Shown here one piece after another: positions 56,917-64,000 of a stretch of DNA of 64,000 bases (position 1 is the first letter of the stretch; the number at the start of each line of letters is the position of its first letter). A model generated the notes under the pieces. It was not told where the DNA came from and ran no database searches. It saw only the letters and a program-made list of their open reading frames with translations. The stretch lies in NCBI GenBank assembly GCA_964016885.1, contig OZ024743.1:24056001-24120000 (forward strand), written 5' to 3'. The translations under genes were made by a program, and so were the position numbers. Source of the stretch: Eledone cirrhosa (Eukaryota).

Positions 56917-58240
56917 ATGTGTGTGTGATTGTGCTTGTGTGCGTGTGCGTGTGTCTGTGCGCGTGTTTGTTTTTCTGACCATGTATGAGTAATTATTATG
57001 TTATATATGTTTTTGTGTCTCAGTGTGTGATGTGTAAGATAAAAGAGACAATAATATAAGATAAATAACTTAAATTGTCTACGTTTGACTTCTGTACAAT
57101 AGCTTTGAACAAGTTATAAGGATCAGCTTACTTTCGTAGAGGAGACAAGGTGAATAGCAGAACGAATAGAGAGTTAAATAGATCAACAGACAGGGTGACA
57201 GACAGACAGATAGACAGATAGATGGACAGAAGAGAAGTCTATAGGCAGACAACTAGGTTGATAGTCATATATCTATATAAACAACATTTATTTACGCTCT
57301 TAATGTGATGGATACCTGAGTTCAAATCCCGCCGAGGTTAACTTTGCTTTTCATCCTCGGTCGATAAAATAAAGTACCAGTGATGCACTGGCATAATTTA
57401 ACGTTAAAAGATATATATTGTTTCTACTTTTGGCACAAGGCCAGCAATTATCCCAGTGTATTACTGGTACTTTATTTTATCGACCCCGTAAGCATGAAAG
57501 GCAAAGTTAATCTCGACGGGATTTGAACTCAGACAATAAAGGGCCGTAACTCGTTGCTGCAAAGCATGGCGTCCGACTTTCTACCGATACTGCCATATAT
57601 ATTGCCACGAAAAAAGCCATAAAAATATCGCGGAAGATATTTACGATTCCACGGATATACGGTGGTTTCCACGAACAATTATTAGTTAGATTCTAAGGAA
57701 AATTCCGTGAATAACCAAGACCGCGAATGTCGGGAGTACACTGTATAAACAAAACATATCGATTGAATGTTATGATTAACTGAAATAATAGGAAATATAG
57801 AGAGTGGGGGATATAAATGGTGCGAGAGAAAAGAAAGATAGAGAACAAAAGATATTGGGAAAAGTAGGAGAGTGAAAAGAAAGTTGTAATAGTTTGAGGC
57901 AGAGAGTGACGACAAGGGGAGTTAACACTGAAGTGTCTACAGCGAAGTAAATATTGTAATTGTTATATGACTTTTCAGTGGCTTTATTTATGCCTTTCAC
58001 CTCTCAGGGTCGATTAAATAACTAACTAGTCAAGTACTGGCTGGTATGATCCACTGTTACCACCTACTAACATATCTGACCCCCACCCCCCAAAAAAGAA
58101 AAACAAAAAAGAAAAAGAAAAAACAATACTAAAGCAATTTTAAATTAAAGATAAGTAAAGCATATAGACTACAGTCAAAGAGAAATTAGAAGAATAAGAG
58201 CAAGCTAGAGGGGAAAATAGAGTGGGAAAGAAAGATAGAT

Positions 58241-58283
<43 letters not shown>

Positions 58284-58292
58284 GATAGATAT

Positions 58293-59181
58293 GTTTCTTT
58301 TATTTGCCACTAGGGCATCAAAAGTGGGACAAGTACAAAGGGGGGAGTTTACACAAAAAGGCGTCCTCAATAAGGAGGAGGCAATAACAAAATATAAAAA
58401 TAAAATAAGATATAACAAAAAATAAAATTTATAACAAAATCCTCAATAGAGAGGAGGCGCCTTGGGGGGTCGCACACACCCCCGAAAAAAGTGTGCAACC
58501 CTTCTCCTCAGGAGCACAGAGAAGGGGTGCTCCCTTGGTCTTTCATCTTCCTCACCTATAGTCTGATGTAGAGTGAAGGCCCATTCACACGGGCCATTCT
58601 CGCCACTTTCACCCATCTTTCATAGAAACGGCTGGGGTGCAGCACCTCTCTCGCCATCCTGATCCTTCTTCCGAAATGATATCGGAAGAAACGGACCAGT
58701 TGTTGGCCAGAGAGAAAGGTGCCTGACCTCAGTCCTTTCAGACGCGTCCACCATACAACCTCTTTCGCCATGGCTATTACGCACAGAAACACCGCCTCTG
58801 CTTCATCTTTGAAGGGGGGAGGCGGCTTGATCATTACAATAGACTCGGTGGTCAACCGGATCGGTCCCACCCTTGACAGCAGTTGTTCGACATAGCCCCA
58901 CAGATCGGCTACGCCCGAGCAGTGTACCAATGCGTGTACAACGGTTTCCTCGTCGCACACGCATCTGGGACAGATCTTTTTGGCGGGGTCCCTACCCGGG
59001 CGCCCGTGTCTGTAGAGCCTTTCTCGAACGGGTAAAGCCCCTCGGTAGCACTGCCAGGCCAGGGACTTCTGGAAGTTGTCCATAGGTCCCGGGCTGAATG
59101 TCCTACCGAACAGGCTGGCCAGTTCGTCCTCCTCCATGTCTAGGGCTTCTCCGAGGGCGTCGTCGCACCTACTGCGTACCA
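58293..59181 (-). mobile_element. Tx1/L1-clade LINE 3' fragment (zinc knuckle, 3' UTR)
   Basis: LAWQCYRGALPV, CPRC...ETVVHALVHC, AKEVVW; AATAAA near the 3' end; (GATA)n tracts at both junctions. Confidence 0.82.
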
Positions 59182-59182
59182 G

Positions 59183-59245
<63 letters not shown>

Positions 59246-59790
59246 AGCAACAAGAAGTTGTATAACATTAATACAACATTCTGGTGCAAGCGGAGAAACA
59301 GGCAAAAACAACATACAAAATGAAAATGGGTGATGGTTAAATACAAAAGAAAGACGCGGGAGAGAAAATAAAAATGGGATGGTGAGTAGGAATGGACGCT
59401 TAAAGTATTAGAGGACAGAAGATGTGACATACACAGCGGCAAATATTTAGAAATATATGATATATCACGGCCGTGTTTTGGAGGAGTTTTTAATATGTTT
59501 GAAATAAGAAGACAAAAACAACCAACCAACCAAACAAACAAACATAACAGTTAACAGAGACTTAATGCAATATATATTTAGTTTGATGTTTCATGTAAAG
59601 GCGAACCTATACTTCATCTACACATAATAAAGACAAATTCCACCCCAGCAATGGAAACTATAAAAATAAATAAATGAAACAAAATAGCAACAAAGTCTTT
59701 GAGATTTAATGCACACATGATTCGAAGCAGCAATCAACTGACTATTAACAAGTCGCACTACACAACTAGTAAACGCCTTGTTGCATGTCC

Positions 59791-59865
<75 letters not shown>

Positions 59866-60614
59866 GTGGTAAAGGCGGAGCGTTTAGGTTGGTAGCCGCC
59901 TACGGCCCTTTCGGGTCAATGCGGCCGGACTTCTTCCATCGTCTGGAGACTTTTCTAGGGACGTCCCGCTCCTTGCTATTAGTGGGGGACTGGAATGGTA
60001 TCCTAGATGCACGCTGGGACTACGTAGGGGCCTGCCCCGATAGAGAGGGGTGTAATAGCCTCAAAGGGTTAATCGGTCGATTTGACCTGGCCGATAGATA
60101 TCGACTAGATTTTCCGACTGCGCCAACCTGGACTTGGGCAAATCGTAGCGGATCATCTAGGTCGTACCTAGATAGGTTCTTAGTTAGAATTAAGGATAAG
60201 GACTTTTTAAGTTGTCCAAAAATGCGCATGGTTGGCTATTCAGACCACAAATTAGTGACCTGCATGGTCAACCTTGACAGAACTCATAGACAGGGCCCCG
60301 GTTACTGGAAGCTCAACTTGTCCTTGCCGGCAAGTAGAGCCTACAGGAATCGGATTAGTACGTTAGTTAAGGAACGGTTGACTGGAGCGATCGTCAACAG
60401 CAGGTGGTGGGTATCTCTAAAGAGAGAGATTAGAGTAGTCTCGATAGAATTTAGTAAGGTTCTAGCTGCGGATAGGAATAGGAAGGAAAGGGAGCTAATA
60501 GATAGAGTAGAAGAGGCAATTAGAAGCGGCGACGTGGCCAGAGTGCTAGCGTCGAGAACGGCTTTGAGCCAGTTTTTCGACGCGAAGCACGAAGGCTGCG
60601 TTGTCCGAAGTAAA
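59866..60614 (+). mobile_element. Tx1/L1-clade LINE APE endonuclease fragment
   Basis: LVAAYGP, LVGDWN, WTW, SYLDRFLV, SDHKLV, GPGYWKLN; begins directly after (TATC)n. Confidence 0.85.
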
Positions 60615-60619
60615 ATGGT

Positions 60620-61560
60620 GGAAGTGGCCTACTTCCCACTCCAAGTAGCAAACTTAAAATTCACCCTAGAATAGGAATGAGCAATGGGATGACAAATAAC
60701 AAATGCCCAGGTAATAATATCCCTACCAACTCCACTAGAACCCCTAGAAGGAATAAGCCTAGAAATATCACCTGGCTTAACCCCCCATTCTCATCTAACT
60801 TAGCCACTAATATCTCTAAACGCTTCTTCTCTATCCTATCTAAATACCTCCCCCCCCCAACCATAGATATTACAAACTCTTTAATAAAAACAACATTAAA
60901 ATCTCATTCTCCACAACACCTAACCTAGCTAGCCACATCACATTCAGTAACCAGCATAAACTAAGACAGTATAATTCCCACACCGCGGTACTACCACCCC
61001 CATCAAATACACCACGCCACTACACCAACACTTACTCTAGTAGCACACCTCCCCCATCTAATCCTTCTAGCACGCACCAACCGCATAGTTTAAACAACCC
61101 TACACTCACTAACGGCAGAAATAACTGCAACTGCCGTTACCCTAATGCATGCCCACTAAATGGACAATGCCTGACACCCAATATAATTTATAGGTGCACA
61201 GTTAAAATAGCTTCGCATACCAGCTCCTATATTGGCTCTACCTCTAACCCTTTTAAGGTACGCTATAACGCGCACTCTTTTTCCTTCCGAGACCCTAACA
61301 ATAGATGTTCGACATCTCTAGCTAGGCTCATTAAAAACCTTAAATTAACCAACATTGAACACTCACTAACATGGGATATCTTGGCTGGGGCCCAACCGTT
61401 CAATGGACGAAAAACTCTTGTGACCTCTGTCTTACCGAAGCATATTACATAACTCTATCACGACCTCTACCGATTAACGATAGAAGGGAGGTAACTATTA
61501 GCTGTCAACATCGAAGGGCTAATTCCTTCGCCAACAGAATATTTGACCCAACATAGTCAT
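60620..61560 (+). mobile_element. Penelope-like element fragment with C-terminal GIY-YIG endonuclease
   Basis: ITWLNPPFS, CNCR...CPLNGQC, IIYRC...SYIGST..FKVRY..H, CDLCLTE, SCQHR; frameshifts near 60850 and 61400. Confidence 0.85.
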
Positions 61561-61914
61561 CTAGTCCCATTTTTACTTATAGCTAATAAGTTAAATAGTT
61601 ATAGCTAACTTAGATAATTATAAGTTACATTGTCTCTCAATTAAAAAAAAAAAATTAGCACTTCTTAACTAAAAACTACCCACAATTTCTAATTTCTCGA
61701 GGAGTTACTTCCCCGGAAACCACCCTCTAATTAGTAAGGTAAATATGTCCATTGGCTGCCATCTTGTTACCCATAGGCAGATCTCACACAATGCAGCCTC
61801 GACAGAAGAATATTGCTCGACTATGGCAGAGAATAGATATACCCAGGACACGATAGTGAAATACCAATATATGGAACATTACATTCATGTAACATTCTTT
61901 ATTTTAATTTATAT

Positions 61915-62046
61915 TCCTTTTGAAGTTCCGATGAGCTGCTCTAATTGTACCTAAGTTAATTATCTTCAACTGAACCAGATCGGTAATGATCTATACTCAT
62001 TTGATCCAGAAACATTATATGGAGTAGCGAAACAATTGTAAACGGA
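61915..62046 (+). ncRNA. type I hammerhead, CCGAUGA core, 94-nt stem II domain
   Basis: UCC-(bulge)-GUU-CCGAUGA-GCUGCUCUA...UGGAGUAGC-GAAA-CAAUUG-UA-AAC-GGA; 9-bp stem II base starting G-C; palindromic helix III; downstream of the PLE ORF. Confidence 0.65.
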
Positions 62047-62076
62047 CATTACTAATATTATTATTATTGTTATTAC

Positions 62077-62702
62077 TCTTTGAGTCTCAGTCATTGATGT
62101 TAGTTAACTGGAAAGTTTGTTGAAATGAATATCAAGCCACTACCTGCAGCCTCAGATATTCAGGACGTATCGGAGGGTTCTTGCTGTTCTCAGCAAGCAT
62201 GCCTTTTGAAGCGTTCCAAAAATCGTGAAGGGGCTAATTTTCTTTAACCATCCCTGGAAACTTTTTGAGATAGTCCCTAGTGCGCCTATGACAATCGGGA
62301 TCACTTTGACTTCATGGCAGTTCCAAATCCTTTTTACCTCCCACTTTAAGTCCTGGTATCGGTTAATTTTCTCCCTCTCCTTGTCTTGCACTCTCGTGTC
62401 GAATGGGCAGGCCACATCCACAATCAGGCACGATCTTTTTTCTTTGTCCAAAACCACCAGGTCAGGTCTATTGTGTTCCAGTTTCTTGTCCGTCTGTATC
62501 CTAAAATCCCACAGCACCTTCACCTGATCGTTTTCTATCACCGCCTCTGGCTTATGCTCATACCACTTCTCAGAATGTGGGAAATTGTTTACTTTGCATA
62601 GGTGCCAGTGGATCTCCCTGCCCATCACATCATGTCTCCAGCCCTTATAGTGAGTTTGGGCTAGGTGTTTACACTCGGATACAATGTGAGCCACAGTCTC
62701 CT
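62077..62702 (-). mobile_element. R4/Dong-like non-LTR retrotransposon 3' fragment (RLE domain)
   Basis: HIVSEC, RHD, LWDF, RPDLV, IVDVACP, KINRYQDL, IPIVIGALG; 3' end abuts a (TAA)n-like tract. Confidence 0.85.
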
Positions 62703-62774
62703 CTTTGAAGTTCCGATGAGCTGCTCACACTTTTATAAGAATGTTGTTGAAGTGTATATACATTTTTCGGACAC

Positions 62775-62851
<77 letters not shown>

Positions 62852-62892
62852 GGTCTAACAGGTTATCGTTATAGGCAGTCCACTTAGATGCG

Positions 62893-63003
62893 TGCTCTGA
62901 TGAAAACGACTGGTTATAAACAAAGTATTGGAGATCGATTGACGCAAAATCAAGCGAGTAGCGAACTCTAGACTTACCAGATCAAAGAAACAATTCGTCA
63001 GCA
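62893..63003 (+). ncRNA. type I hammerhead motif with 83-nt stem II domain
   Basis: UGCU-CUGAUGA-AAAC-GA-CUGGU...ACCAG-A-UC-AAA-GAAA-C(AAUUC)G-UC-AGCA; inner helices AAGU/ACUU, UUGGAG/CUCUAG, UUGA/UCAA; base of stem II mismatched. Confidence 0.58.
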
Positions 63004-63080
63004 ATGTGAATAAAGCCCTTATTGTATAGCAAACCCATGTCACACTACTTTCTTGAATTATATATATTTATATAAACATA

Positions 63081-63289
<209 letters not shown>

Positions 63290-63412
63290 GTATATATTAA
63301 TTCAATGTAATGACAAAATTCAAAGGAATTGAAAGTAGAGGGTGAGAAGATATATACACCGAGGTAAAACATTTAACTAAAACGTATTACTTTCCTCCCT
63401 TTTATATATATA

Positions 63413-63440
63413 CTAGCAGAAGTGCCCGGCGTTGCTCGGG
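63413..63440 (-). mobile_element. Helitron 3' terminus (element extends rightwards)
   Basis: Minus strand: CCCGAGC-AAC-GCCGGG hairpin, then cacttctg-CTAG|T. Confidence 0.7.
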
Positions 63441-64000
63441 GCTGATGAACTGATGTATTATAATGAATATTCCATCTCGTTTGGTTTGCAGGCCTGGTAT
63501 GTCATGGTCTCTGTTAACTACGGTATATATAATCTGGTTGTAGCTAGAAAAATAGACATACCGCAGCAGGGTTTGTACCTACATAGGTGATCCCCTGTCT
63601 ATTGGACTTTCGCCTGTCCTAACTGAGGTCGTAGATGAAAGGGATAGGATAAATCACTTTTTGACAGGACAAAGAAAACGTTTGTTGGTGCCTGTTTATG
63701 TCGTGGTTTTGGGTTCAATCCCTAATTTTTTTATTCCTTACTGAAAGTACTTAATGAACCTGTGAACGTCCCTAGCAGTTAAGAATGAGAAATTGAATTG
63801 TTTCTGGCGCAATTGTACTCTCGTCATTGTTAACGAAAACTACATTGAAACACGCGCACACACACGTGTGTATTGACGGTAATACACACACACATGCTAA
63901 CGGCGACATAACATTTACCGGTTATATAAACTTTTCATGCTATATAACATCGTACTGACTACATAGCCTTTTACCTGCTACATAGCTTTACCGGCTACAT

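Overview
AT-rich, microsatellite-dense eukaryotic DNA. The SINE, LINE and (TA)n/(CA)n content suggests an octopus/coleoid cephalopod genome (inference). Two spliced host genes were reconstructed by hand: the first three coding exons of a SKIV2L/SKIC2 (Ski2 RNA helicase) orthologue on the minus strand, running off the left edge, and a complete six-exon, 258-aa CFAP77 orthologue on the plus strand, join(12287..12388,17025..17121,21905..22139,23549..23657,26779..26883,28207..28335). The rest is transposon debris: CR1, RTE, Tx1, CRE, HERO-like and R4/Dong-like LINEs, Penelope-like elements (PLEs, including a Naiad-type fragment), maT/mariner/pogo-type DNA transposons, MITEs, Helitrons and many tRNA-derived SINEs. 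The main hidden signal is about 14 dispersed type I hammerhead-ribozyme (HHR) motifs on both strands, mostly in short PLE-like modules next to (TA)n tracts. They include minimal dimer-type HHRs, HHRs with 60-94 nt structured domains in stem II, a recurrent CCGAUGA core variant, and a fold-back whose inverted arm ends at the predicted cleavage site. Also present are a 470-bp apparently perfect palindrome and Tx1 fragments sitting in (TATC)n tracts. All folds and family assignments were made by eye; no alignment, folding program or database search was run.
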